This document shows, one piece after another, positions 37,201-50,690 of a stretch of 64,000 nt of DNA. Under the pieces are notes generated by a model. The model did not search any database. It had not been told where the DNA came from and saw nothing but the letters and a program-made list of their open reading frames with translations. The stretch comes from Octopus vulgaris. Lineage: Eukaryota. Position 1 is the first letter of the stretch. Every line of letters begins with the position of its first letter. The stretch lies in the NCBI GenBank assembly GCA_951406725.2, contig OX597828.1, forward strand, positions 71,424,001-71,488,000, given 5' to 3'. The translations under genes and the position numbers were made by a program.

Positions 37201-39420
37201 ATTATATGGTAGGACCGAGGAAAGAGAGCAGAACTACTCACTCGCTCATAACACCACTTGGTTCTAAGTTGATCTGTTAGTGAAGGCTTGTGGCTTAATG
37301 GTTAGGGATATTCAGTCCATGAAGGGCATCCTGCTGTAGAAACTCTGCCAGACCAAGATTGAAGCCTGGTGCAGCCATCTGGTTCGCCAGCCCTCAGTCA
37401 TTCATCCAACCCCTGCTATCATGGAAAGCGGACGTCAAACTTTGATGATGATGATGATGATCGTAAAGTTGGGAGTTTGATTCCTGGCGGAGTGCCATGT
37501 CTTTGGGAAAGGCACTTTATTTCACATTACTCCAGTCCACTCAGCTGGCAAAAATGAGTGAAACCTGTATTTCAAAATGCCGGCCTTGTCACACTCTGTC
37601 TCACACTGAATCTCCCTGAGAACTACGTGTGTCTGTGGAGTGCTCAGCCACTTGCATGTTAATTTCATGAGCAGGCTGTTCTGTTGATCGGATCAAGTGG
37701 AACCCTTTTCGTAACTGTAATCAACCGAATGCCAGTTAATGAGGACCTGTTGATTTTTATCAAAATTTACCTAGCCGCCTGTCACTTGTACATACATACA
37801 TGACAACTGCCTCATCTTGTCAGATGATAGTCATCTCACAGAAATGGTAGTGAGACATCTGTATGTCATTGGGTTTAATTGAGAATAGCCTGCACAGCAT
37901 TTTTGGTCACTCTCTTGGTCACCTTAGCAGGTTCCAGTGGCAAGCATTGCCAAAATGTCTGCTACTGTTTTGACTGCAAGTTTTACATCAGAGTATCTTC
38001 CTTCTAAAAGGGCTGCATTCCTCCATAGCCTTGTCAAAAATAAAACAAGAACCTCCTCTACCCCCAAGAAATCTATTTAATCCAGAGATGGCACTCTGAG
38101 CAGGACCACCATTCTGGGTCAGAATGGCTCTGCGAGTAATGGTGATTAGAGGTGATTCCATACTCCCCACAACTTCGGAACTTCCAAACTTGAGTGTCGC
38201 CAATGGTTGCAGTTTAATGTCATACCTAGAACATACATGCATACATAATAAAAAATAAATGCGCCCTTTTAAAGCCTAGCCAGGTTCATGGGCCCGGTTT
38301 CCCAGTTTCTATGGCGTATGTGTTCCCCAGCTGGACGGGACACCAGTAGCATCGCAGCGTTACTCATTTTTGCCAGCTGAGTGGACTGGAGCAACACGAA
38401 ATGAAGTGTTTTGCTCAAGAACACAATATGTCGCCTGGTCGAAACAACAACCATACGATCATGATGCTGACACCCTAACCACTAAGCCATGCTCCTCCAC
38501 ACATGCATAAATACATAGGGTAAATGTGTTTGAAGGTTTTTTTTTGGTATGTTTGTTCCCAAAGAACACTTCTTTTAGTGCTGTTGACACTGCCGGATTG
38601 ACTGGTACTGCCCAGGTGTCAAAACCATCATGATATCCATGTGGCAGCTGATGAGGGAGGTATGTTGGATTGTTGGTATGGCTGTTTTTGTATATGTGGA
38701 ATAGTGTTATAAACACATCATTTTGATACATACATACATATATAATATGCAAGACTTTTCTCAAGTTTAAAATGTGAATTATTTTTTGTTATCTATATTC
38801 CAACAATGGAGTTATGTATTTTCCTTAGAGGAACAATTTAAATAATTTAAAACAGAAGGGAACAGGCATATGCAATACTTTATTTCAGGGTTATCTCCCC
38901 TGCTCCACTTTATCAGAATTAATCACAACACTAATGATTTTTTTCTCATTACAAATGTAATTTTTTAAGTGAATATATTAATGATTCTTGGCTCACTACA
39001 TTATCTATGTTAATGCCCACTTTACTGTTTGTTTTTCATATAAAGGGGAGACCCTGAGTACTTCTCCCCCCCTCCCTTTCTCTCTCTCTTTCAGCCTTAT
39101 TCGTTGTTTATAAAGAAAGGAATAGTCTTACCATGTCTAGAGATTGCGTGTTACAGCAGTGTGGTGGTGGTGGTGGTGGTGGTACACACCGCACTGCTGT
39201 GAATACAGAAGTGGTTGCTGTGTGTGTGTATGTGTGTGTGTGTGTGTTTACTGGTTCTAGCTACACTCTCTAGTGTGAGTATCTAAGATCCACCCTCCCT
39301 CCAACGTATACTCTGATACTCTGCATGACTCAACATGACCAGCTGACAATAGGTGAAACCTAAGATCTTGATGTGATGTCCTACTTACCACACACAAGTA
39401 CACACACACTGTGTGTGTGC

Positions 39421-39456
<36 letters not shown>

Positions 39457-39515
39457 TTGTACACATCTTTACTAATAAGCATGTGTATCATATAACTTTT
39501 GAAGAAAGAAAAATA

Positions 39516-39548
<33 letters not shown>

Positions 39549-40236
39549 GTGTGTGTGTGTGTGTATCTCTGCACCCCCTCCACACACACACACACATAAG
39601 CACAAGCAGACACACAAACACCCGTATCATATATCTTTGGTAGATCTCAACAGACAGTTCATCACTTGTTTTCCAGATGCTGTATTCCAATAATAATATC
39701 ACCCGATATATTTATTTATCAATAAATATCATTATACATATTATTTTAATGTATATTGATAAAATAAGGTGGTGAGCTGGCAGAAACATTAGCATGCCGG
39801 GTGAAATTGCTCAGCGGTATGTCATCTGTCTTTACGTTCAGAGTTCAAATTCTACCGAGGTCGACTTTTCCTGTCATCCTTTCTGGGTTGATAAATTAAG
39901 TACCAGTTGTGTACTGGGGTCAATCTAATCGACTGGCCCTCTCCCCCAAAATTTCAGGCCTTGTGTCTAGAGTAGAAAAGAATATATATTGCAAGCTAGC
40001 AGAAATGTTGGACAACGTTAGAGGTGCTGGACAATATGCTTAGTGGCATTTCAACTGTCTTACATTTTGAGTTCAAATTCTGCTGAAGGTCGACTTTGCC
40101 TTCTATCCTCTGGGGTCGATGAAAATAAGTACCAGTTGAACACTGGAGTTGATGTAATCAACATACACTATTCCTTGAAAATGTCAGCCTTGTACCAAAT
40201 TTGGAAACCAAAACATCGATAAGTTATCATATATAT

Positions 40237-40615
40237 AGGTGCAAGAGTGGCTGTGTGGTAAGAAGCTTGCTTACCAACCACATGGTTCCAGGTTCAGTCC
40301 CACTGCATGGCACCTTGGGCAAGTGTCTTCTACTATAGCCTTGGGCCGACCAAAGCCCTGTGACTAGATTTGGTAGACGGAAACTGAAAAGAAGCCCATC
40401 GTACACACACACACATGTTTGTGTGTCTGTGTTTGCCCCCACTACTGCTTGACAACTGATGTTGGTGTGTTTACATCCCCGTAACCTAGCAGTTTGGCAA
40501 AAGAGACCAATAGAATAAGTACTAGGCTTACAGAGAATAAGTCCTGGGGTTGAATTGTTCGACTAAAGGCGGTACTCCAGCATGGCGAGTCAAATGACTG
40601 AAACAAGTAAAAGAA
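40237..40615 (+). mobile_element. tRNA-derived SINE (family C), near full length
   Basis: ggtgcaagagtggctgtgtggtaagaagc..ggttcagtcccactgcatggcaccttgggcaagtgtc..gactgaaacaagtaaaagaat. Other copies at 46006-46335(+), 7140-7490(-), 34985-35295(-), 41950-42110(-) and 55440-56085(-). Confidence 0.8.
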
Positions 40616-43208
40616 TATATATATATATATATATATATACATACATTACACACACACACACCTTGCAAATATTCATATATTGGTTTTCCATACACATGAT
40701 TTGTCTGAATCTTCTCCTGTCCAGTTTCTCATCAATTAATTACTCTCCTGAATAATTATCCCCAATGTGAATTTCAGTTTCCTGAGACCAGCTTTTACCA
40801 TATTTATCACCATGGTTTTCTTCTTCCACAGATTCCCTTTCGTTTGGATCACTTGGTGCTCCTTTACTCAACAGTTGTCCTCCATATCCATATCAACATG
40901 GTCCCTCTCTTGCACACAACTCCTAATTCCTTGTCTGCCCAGTCTTATTCTCCGTTCGCTACTCGTTTACCATTGCCTGTTTACTCCACCAATGCATGTC
41001 AAACGAAACAGAAACATGCTTGCTTCATTCCTTTCCAACCATTGCTAACAATCTCAGCTTCCAATGTCCACGTTTGCCTTCCATACAACAATTTCACACT
41101 TGATGCACATACATCGTACAATCTCTGCCCTTCACTCAAAGAACCCCTTTGTTACCCATCGTGGTAATAAGCTCCTCAAACTCCATCCACCTTCTTCTTA
41201 CTCTAAGAGGTTTGCAGAACAGCCCCCCCCCCCCACTGGTGGTGTGGGTCAGCTAGGAAATAGAAGCTGTCAGTTACTTTGATGGAACATTCCAGGCATT
41301 TGGAGGAATTCATTTCATGCCTGACTGTCATCTGTTTATCCCCTTGGGCCTGGTGCAGCCCCCTGGCTTCCCAGACCCCAGTTGAACCGTCCAACCCATG
41401 CTAGCATGGAAAGCGGACGTTAAACGATGATGATGACATCTGTTATTTACAAGTCTTTCCCTGTCAGCTTCAATGGGGTCTCATTGCAGTTCTTGTGTAC
41501 CTTAAATTTCCATTTCCATGCTGGTGCCACATAAAAAGTACCCAGTACGCTCTGTAAGGTGGCTGGCGTTAGGAAGGGCATCCGGCCATAGAAACCATGC
41601 CAAAGCAGACAATGGCGCCAATTAGTTAACGATTTTAATTTGGTGTTTCTCTGCTTGCTTCTCTCTCTTTGGAGCATCTCCTTTGTCCTTATAACAGTTT
41701 ATGATAATGCTGTTATGCCATTCATTGGGTGGATATCCCACATCATCATCATCACCATCATCATCTTTTAACATCCACTTTTCCATGATTGCATGGGTCA
41801 GATGAAATTTGTTGAGACACTTTTTTTTTGCGGATGGATTCTCTTCCTCACCTGTCTCCAAGCAAAGTGATATATTTCTCCATGGAACACTGGAAACGAA
41901 CCACATCGCTTGCATGATGTCAAGTTACCCACAAACACACATATACACAGCAAGCTTCTTTCAGTTTCTGCCTACCAGATCCACTCACAAGGCCTTGGTC
42001 AGCCCTGGGGCTGTAGTAGAAGTCATTTGCCCAAGGTGCTGTGCAGTGGGACTGAACTCAAGACCACATGGTTTGGAAGCAAGCTTCTTAACCACACAGC
42101 AATACCTGTACCTGAACTAACTGATCCACTGCACGAGAGATGACTGTGTCCAGCTTTGCAGAATGGTTTTAGCATTCCACTGACTGTTCTCAAGGGCTTG
42201 GCTGCTTTTCCTGCCTTCATATCGTTATTTGCTGTCACCCTCAATATCTGATCCCTCTTCTGGGGTCAATAAGAGGTAGTCCTTCTTTCACCGTTTCAAA
42301 GTAGCATTTCCATGCCTCTCTCTCTCTTCAATGTGGACAGGATTGCTTTTATCATTCTGTTCCCTTCTTCCTCAATAAACCCCTGATTTGTACTGGTGCC
42401 ATGCCATACTGTTTGGCAATTGGGAACACCTCGTACTCTTGATTCTCTCCCCTTGCAGAACATTGGCAAAGCACTTTCATCTCCTTTCCTGGCATATCAG
42501 CTTTTCTTCTGGGTTCGGAATTGCTCTTTGGTCAGTCCTTCCAATTACACTCTCATCCTAGTCTGTGTCCTGAAAAGGACCACTGATTGACATGAAATCA
42601 CTCATAAGTACTCTTCAGCCTCGCAGATGCACTGTCTCTTCTTCTTGCTTATGCTACCACTACTATAATGGCCTCTGGCTGGGCTCATGCCATCTCCACT
42701 CAGGCATTCTCTCTCCACTCATCTCTTCTCTTCTTCACATTCTTGTATCCAACCCTTCTCCTACCCCAGCACTTATATCACTCTTCCCAATCCTTCCTCA
42801 CCCAGAATGTTATCCCTTTGAGATCTTCCCCCCCATACCCCTCCCTCTTGCTCATATCTTCCCCTACAAGTGGAAAAGTTCAAGAAAAACATTAATAGCA
42901 TCAATCTCTCCAGTGTTGGGGAGTCCTTGAAGGTGATGGAGACTGGCCTTTCTTTCTCTACCAACTAACTTCTCCCCCCCTCCCCCCAAATTTCAGCCCC
43001 TTATCTGCTGAGAATCGGTAATGCGTCAGACAAAAACACCTTTTACTATTTTTTTCCAGCTCTTTATGTTTTGAGTTCAAATGCTGACAAAATCAACTTT
43101 GCCTCCATCTTTTGCTTGATCAAATAAAGTACCAGTCAAGTACTGGGGTTGATGGTATTGCACCCCCCCCATCAAAGAAATTGCTGGCATTGTGCCAAAA
43201 TTTGAAAC

Positions 43209-43253
<45 letters not shown>

Positions 43254-45348
43254 GGCAGTGAGCTGGCAGAGTTGTTAGACAATATGCTTTGCAGTTTTTC
43301 TTCTGGCTGCTTACATTCCGAGTTCAAATCTCACCGAGGATCCACTTTGCTCTTCATCCTTTCAGGTTCAACAAATTAAAGTATCGGTCAAGTACTGGAG
43401 GTTGGTGTTATCGAATTGCCCATTCCTGCTAAAAAGTTACCGACCTTGTGCCAAAATCTGAAACCATCACAACCACCACCACCACAACCATCATCACTAT
43501 CATTAATCTTATCATCACCACCACAACCATTATCATTACCACCTCCACCACCACTACATTGGGGCATACATTTTCAGAATCACTCGTGCTTTGGGCAAAA
43601 TACAGTAACCCTTCGACTATTGCGGGTGTTACCTTCTAGAACACCCCTGTGGTAGGTGAAAATCTGGGAAGTAGAAACAGTACTGTATATTTTTTTATTA
43701 TTTTTAAAATTGTATATATTGGTGTTATTAAGGGCATCCAGCTGTAGAAACACTGCCAGATCAGACTGGAGCCTGGTGCAGCCTCCTGGCTTCCCAGACC
43801 CCGGTCGAACTGTCCAACCTGTGCTAGCACGGAAAACAGACGTTAAACAACGATGATGATGATTTATTTTATAATAAATGCAAAAAAACACCGTGGAGGA
43901 ATCGATGTAAGCTTAATTAATAAACCGTGATATGGCGAGGGATTATTGTACCTTGTTGTATTTAGTTGTGTTTCATTGCATTCAGTGTTCATATCTCACC
44001 AAAGGGTCAGTCGTGCCTTTCATGGTTCTGGGGCCAATGAATTGAATGCTGGTCAAATACTGGGGTTAATTAAACCAACTGTTTCTTCTCTCTTCTGATA
44101 ATTTGTGGCACCTGCATGGAAGTCAGCAATTAATGTTTTTAGAGGTCCATGGTTGGTAGAATTGGTAAGGCGGCGAGCTGGCAGAATCGTTAGCATGCCG
44201 GGCGAAATGCTTAACGGTATTTCGTCTGTCGCTACGTTCTAAGTTCAAATTTTGCCGAGGTCAACTTTGCCTTTCATCCTTTCGAGGTCGATAAATTAAG
44301 TACCAGTTATGCACTGGGGTCGATTTAATCGATTTTACTGTTCTTGTTTGTCCTTTCTGTGTTTAGCCCCTTGTGGGTAGTAAAGAAATAGGTATTTCGT
44401 CTGCCGCTACGTTCTGAGTTCAAATTCTGCTGAGGTCAACTTTGCCTTTCATCCTTTTGGGAGGTCGATTAAATAAGTACCAGTTACGCATTGGGGTCGA
44501 TATAATCGACTTAATCTGTTTCTCCTTGTTTGTCACCTCTGTGTGTAGCCCCTTGTGGGCAGTAAAAAATAAGAAGTGGTAAAGTGTCAGATAAGATGGG
44601 GAGGGAGGGGGGAGAGAAGGTGCAAAAAGGAGGCGAATGGTGGGTGTGGTGAGGGGGGTGGAGAGGAAAGGTAACTGAGAAATCCAGGTGATGTAGTATG
44701 TGCTTAGTCTGTTCTTAGGTAATAGAGGATTGATGGGTGGTAGGGGATGAAATGTGGGGGTGGGGGCAGAGAGGATGGAGGTAAGCATTACGGAGGTGGT
44801 CTTCTTGAGTGCAGTAGAATTGAGAACCTAAAACCACTTTGGTAATGCTTATCTCCATCCTCTCAGCACCCCCCTCACATTTCATCCCGATACATTATGT
44901 GTGTGTGTGTGTATAAGTGCCAACATACGAAACTCTTGGACCTTGAGTCACTCTTGCTTCTGCTAAATATTAACAAATACACTCACACACTCACAAACAT
45001 GTACATGTATCATCATCATCGTTTAACGTCCGCTTTCCATGCTGGCATGGGTTGGACGATTTTGACTGAGGGCTGGCGAACCAGATGGCTGCACCAGGCT
45101 CCAATCTTGATCTGGCAGAGTTTCTACAGCTGGATGCCCTTCCTAACGCCAACCACTCCGAGAGTGTAGTGGGTGCTTTTTACGTGCCACCGGCATAGGG
45201 GCCAATCCGGCGGTACTGGCAATGACCTCGCTCGAATCCTTTTACACATGCCACAGGCACAGGTGCCAGTAAGGCGACGTTGGTAACGATCACGCTCGAA
45301 TGGTGCCCTTTTACGTGCCACCGGCACAGGTGCCAGTAAGGCAGTATG

Positions 45349-45383
<35 letters not shown>

Positions 45384-45910
45384 CACATACATACAGTTTT
45401 GTCTATCCTGATTGCATTGTGAAACCTCTTTATCTGTCTGTGTGCCCCTCTGTATATATTAGTTAATCGTCTTCAGCGCTTAGCTGTTTAGGATCCGATC
45501 CTTGTGTGATTTGAACCCTGGAAATAAAGAGACAAAACGAAATACTACCTATCTATTTTGTCATCCGCTCTCGTAATTCTTTATCCATACACCACCACCA
45601 TAACAGTTTCTAACACTTACACGGCGAGTTTACGTCATTTTGGTGGCGGGAAAGTCGATTAAACCGACCTCAGTAGGATAAATGATAAAAAAAAAAGATA
45701 TTGCAGTATTTAACACCAGGGCTTTGTTATATACCACTTGTTTATGTTCTTGCTTCTAGAGGCCACTACAAGTTTTTGTATCAGGAAGGACTTTTCCGCC
45801 GTAAAAGCCTCTTTCTTACCAGCATAGGAAACAAATGAACGCAAAACTGATCACGATGACCCTCTTTCCCCCAGATCCCTGTCTAGGTTACCATCAGATA
45901 TATACGAGAT

Positions 45911-46339
45911 CAGTGGTTCCCAACCTGTGGTCCGCTTAGGTAACACTGGGGGTCTGTGAACTAAATTTAAAATTTCATAGAGAGATAGAGAGAAAGGGAT
46001 AGAGATAGGCGCAGGAGTGACTGTGTGGTAAGAAACTTTCTTTCCAATCACATGATTCCACGTTCAATCCCACTGCGTGGCATATTGGGCTAATGTCTTT
46101 TCTGCTATAGCCTCGGCCCGATTAAAGCCTTGTGAGTAGATTTGGTACCCGGAAACTAAAAGAAGCTGATCGTATATATGTGTGTGTGCGTGTATCTGTC
46201 CCCCACCATCGCTTGACAACCGATGTCAGTATGTTTTCGTCCCCGTAACTTAGCGGTTCGGCAATAGATAACGATTAAGTCATGGGGGTCGATTTGTTCG
46301 TCTAAAGGCGATGTTCAAATGACTGAAACAAGAAAAAAA

Positions 46340-46411
<72 letters not shown>

Positions 46412-46560
46412 TATATATATATATACACTATATATATATATATATACACTATATATACACACACAAACACACAAAAGGATAAGCATATTAAAAGGGGTCC
46501 GTGGGAAAACTCATCTAAATAAAAGGGGTCCTTGGTAGTGAAAAGGTTGGGGAACCACTG
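45911..46560. mobile_element. hAT-type MITE with nested family C SINE
   Basis: TIRs cagtggttcccaacct / aggttggggaaccactg. A SINE and (TA)n are inserted inside. Confidence 0.65.
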
Positions 46561-48770
46561 TCCTAGGTTCTGCAATGTTATCACCGGTTCGAATGTGTTA
46601 GTGGCGTATTTGAAAACAAGCCGTTTACTGTGTTTTGTCATGGAGAAAATTTCTCTCTGCTTCGCGCTCCCACCTTACAATATTAGGTTCTGTTACAAGG
46701 GCTTGGACGTCCACAAAGCCTTTATGCTCCCTAAACGACGGAACTTCTACTGGTTGCCCGACTTGCTAGAAATAACACCCACCACTATTCCCTCATCATG
46801 CCCCGTCATCTTAAAAAATATAACGTAGTCTTAGATACACTAGGCCTGCCAGAAAGAAAAGGAACAGAAAAAGCGAGAGAGTCGCGACTAGAACGTCTTT
46901 GGTCATTGATCTGTTTGATCAGATCTGACCAAGAGCCAAACGGCAACATGGCCTTCGTTTTTGGCTTTAGTATTATCATTGTGTTGGTCATTTCATAAAA
47001 AAAATATTTCGTTGGAGAAAATGGGAGAAAAGATAACGTCGTTGAACGTCTGCGCGGCCGTCCTCCGCCATTCATGGTGTGAACCTATAGCATTTCATTA
47101 TTTACCCCAGAGATTCCTTTAGGAAAGGCATCAACACCTAACTCCCACTAAAATCATTTCAAACTTCGTAATTCAGTCCAAATGATGTAGGCCCGTGTTT
47201 CTCAACCATTTCTTTTTACATATGGACCCTCATAGCCATTTGATGTTAAAAAACCCCAATTATTATATTTTTATAATTAAATAGTATTACGAATTGTAGA
47301 AAAGAAATTGTTAAAAATTTCTTTCCTATTGTAGAAAAAACCCCCCCAATGGTTCACAGAATTTAATTTTGTCCCTGTTCATCTCGAGTGAAAATCCTGG
47401 CCGTCGGATAATCCCCTTTTTTCTCGGTGTCGGGGTGAGTTGATTAAACCGACTCTACGCCGCCCCTCATCATATTCTCGGTTCTGTACCAGTGGGAGAA
47501 ACCAATGTAATAACTGGTACCAGAATATGAAAGGGATAAAGTAGTCAGGGAGTCAAACCAGTGACTCAGTTTCGAACTCCGACTGGAATAGTTTCTCTTC
47601 AGTTAGTCCCTTACTTATCTCGTTGGAAGAGCCATGAACATCACAACATCCTCTTTATCGTTTCGTATAGTAGTAACACAAAATTGGTTTCTGTTTTTTT
47701 TTTCTTTCTTTTCTATTCTTTGTTTGTTTGATGAATTGAATTCAGTCCTGCCAGGATTCGAACTCGAGTTCTGGGAGAGACTAAGTTATTGTAACGAGTT
47801 TTATAGTCCAACGCTCTGATGTCACAACTGCCTCAGCTTGCTTCTATTTATATTAGAAATTGTTAGCATTATTCGATTGTTGTATTAACACCGCCGCCGC
47901 CACCCATCGCCACCCGCCATCGTCATTATTATCATTACCATCCCCACCACCGTCACCCTAACCATTATCAACACCACCATTATTATTTTTATTACCATCG
48001 CCACAGCCACCGCCGCCACCACAACCATCATCATCACCATCATCATCACCATTAACAACAAGTCGACAGTCTATAACAACAAATATGGCAGCTGGTATTG
48101 AAGGTTTTTGTTGTTCTGTTGTTTTGTTTTGCTTTTGTTTAGTTTTTGTGTGTGTGTGTGTTTTTCTTTTCTTTTCCTTCATCTGAAAGGAATTCTGATG
48201 CTATCATATTTGACTATATAGTCAGTCTGGTAACATTGTTATTTTGCTAACAATGTGAGGTTTTTTCGCCTTGATTTTGTTGTTGCTGTTGTTAACAACA
48301 CTACCGCCGCCGCCACCACCACCACCACCACCACCACCACTACGTAGTAATAGTAGTTGTGGTGGTAGCAGTAGTAATAGTGGCAGAGCATTGTAACTTT
48401 TAATTGTTCTCTAACAAAGCACTTGGTATTCCCCCTCCTCTCCGTGGAACTGCACCCAAATGTTATGGTGTAAATATATATATATATACATATATTATAT
48501 AATATATTGTATAATATATTATATAATATGTTGCATAATATAATATATATATATATATTATGTATCTCTCGGTTAAATATATCTCTGGGTAGCACGCAAT
48601 ATGTGTATGAATCAGTTGTTGGTTTTTCTTCCCTTTTTCCCTCCCCAAGTTCAATTTAAATGTTGTTTCGATGTTGGAAGAAATAAAAAGTCAGGAATGA
48701 GTGAATGGAGGGGAGGAAGGGTGAGGCGAAAAAAAAAAGCTTTTGGTTTTAGTAGAAAGAATAAGAATAA

Positions 48771-48804
<34 letters not shown>

Positions 48805-49300
48805 CGAAGCGATGAAGCTAGAAAGAGTTGTGTGTGAAGTAGGTTTGCTGTTGGTAGTTAGGCAGCTGCTGTCTGCTTGCTTGTTCTACTTTTCTCTTGA
48901 AAACCAACCTACCACCATCAGCAGCCTGCTGTTTGTTGTTGTTTACAGTTAAACTGCTTGTCGATATAACAACCCTGTTGTTAGGCTTACTCAGAGAGGG
49001 GCGGCAGTCAGTTGTTGGTGGCTAGCTACACTCAGTACACATCGATTTACTGCAGTCTGACCTAAATCGACCATCACACAGAACGGTAAACAACGCACCA
49101 CAAGCTCGAGAACATTCGCTGAACGCAGTTTAATACACATGTACTCAAGTTGTGATTTGGTTAGAACATCTCAGCGCCCAGCTTCTCTTCTTCTGCTCAT
49201 ATAAAACCAAGCGATATTCTGTCTAATGTCTCATGTCTGCTCTTATTTGAACAGTTTAGTCGTGGTTTAGCCGTTTTTTTTCCCTCACTTCTCTGCACAG

Positions 49301-49367
49301 ACTCGTGTAACAATTTTCATTTGATATATTAAAACCAGTCGAAAGTTTTTGATGTCGAATCTCTCAG
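49301..49367 (+). other. Candidate non-coding 5'-UTR exon of cassette 5
   Basis: Strong acceptor tttttttttccctcacttctctgcacag| and donor CAG|GTAAAT. Contains a stop codon. Possible next acceptor ctttgtatag| at 49490. Confidence 0.35.
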
Positions 49368-49514
49368 GTAAATCTTATTTCACAACTTGACACAACAAGC
49401 TAAGCTTATTACTGTGTTAATCGGATTAAACAGTTTTTTTTTCTGGTTGGCAACGTGGCTGACGCACAACTGCAAAGAAGCTTTGTATAGAGAGTCTCTG
49501 TTGTGACATCCAAA

Positions 49515-50690
49515 ATGGCCGACCCTCCGTTCGTTGGAGACCTCAATACATCTGCTGTAGATGGTGGTTTGTACCTCACAACAGCGTTGAACAACGAAGA
49601 ATTTGAAGGTTTATTAACGAAAGACTCAAAGTCCAGTCAACAGGCTGAGAAATACGCGGTGTTGAAATTCCGTCACTATCTGACCAAGCGAGGTGAACCA
49701 TTGTCTTTGGAGAATTTGTCCTACCATGTGACCAGCGGTGACATGCCTGCCAAGGAGCGACTGCTTACCTACCTGACAACCTTCTTTAACGATCTCAGAC
49801 GGACTGATGGCAGCAAATATAAATTCAATGCCCTCAGAAGTATTCGTTACGCCTTAAATCGCTTTACTTTGAAGTTTGGAGTTGATTTTCTCAACGATGC
49901 CTATTTGAAAAAACCATTAAATGATGCATGGGTGGCGTTAGGCGAATGCCTGAAGCTGGAAGGGAAAGCCGATGTCCAGCATCACGATATTCTATCGTTG
50001 GAAGAAGTTAAGAAAGCATATGCCTGGTGTAATCAAAATCTTTCCGATCCTGATCGACTCCAAAAGAGAGTTTTTATGGATATTTACCTCTACTTTGGAC
50101 GCCAGTGCCGACAGAATTTACCACACCTGACCAAAGATAATTTCGGCATGGACGTCGATGCCAACAACCAGCGTTATGTTTACTTTATCGACAAAACCGG
50201 CGACACAACCCGTAAAAGCAACACCCAGTTAGTGATGAAAGAACGCGTAGGATTTGCTAATTGTCCCGTAAAGATGTTCCTGAAATATGTTTCCAAATTA
50301 GACCCACATTACCCGCGATTCTTCTGCCATCAAAAGCTAAACGTTGACCCGCTCTACCACACGGTTTGGTATACAAAACAGCCGATGGGCGAGAAGAGAA
50401 TGGCCGAGTTTATGAAATCCATTTCGAACGACGCCGGTTTGTCTAAAGTTTACACAAACCATTGTTTGCGTTCCACGCTGCTCTATCTGATGGAAGAAGG
50501 TGGGTTGGATGCTAAGGATGTCAGTCGAATAACTTGTAGTCAATCATCTCACGAAGTATCCATACCCGAGGTCCCTTCACCAGCACAACGTCCCTTACAA
50601 ACACCACATGCCGCCGCCGCCACTACAAACACGTGGCCCTCCTCACATTCTGGCACCTCACTTCACTCTCGGAATAAAAAATCATCTCAG
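49515..50690 (+). CDS. Cassette exon 5: second Crypton-derived DUF3504-like domain (392 aa), phase-0 donor
   Basis: FFNDLRRTDGSKYKFNALRSIRYALNR..LQKRVFMDIYLYFGRQCRQNL..CPVKMF..YVSKL..VWYTKQPMGEKRMAEFMKSIS..YTNHCLRST. Context aaaATGG. In-frame TAG at 49488. Ends CAG|GTAAGT, a perfect donor at a codon boundary. Confidence 0.88.

Noticed and set aside
39154-39202. Small hairpin acagcagtgtggtg...caccgcactgctgt as a pre-miRNA
   Set aside because: Only a ~14-bp stem around a (GGT)n microsatellite loop; too short, with no supporting evidence.
46806-47075. CpG-rich minus-strand ORF start (MNGGGRPRRR)
   Set aside because: No domain similarity or splice donor, and the ORF runs into repeat-derived sequence.
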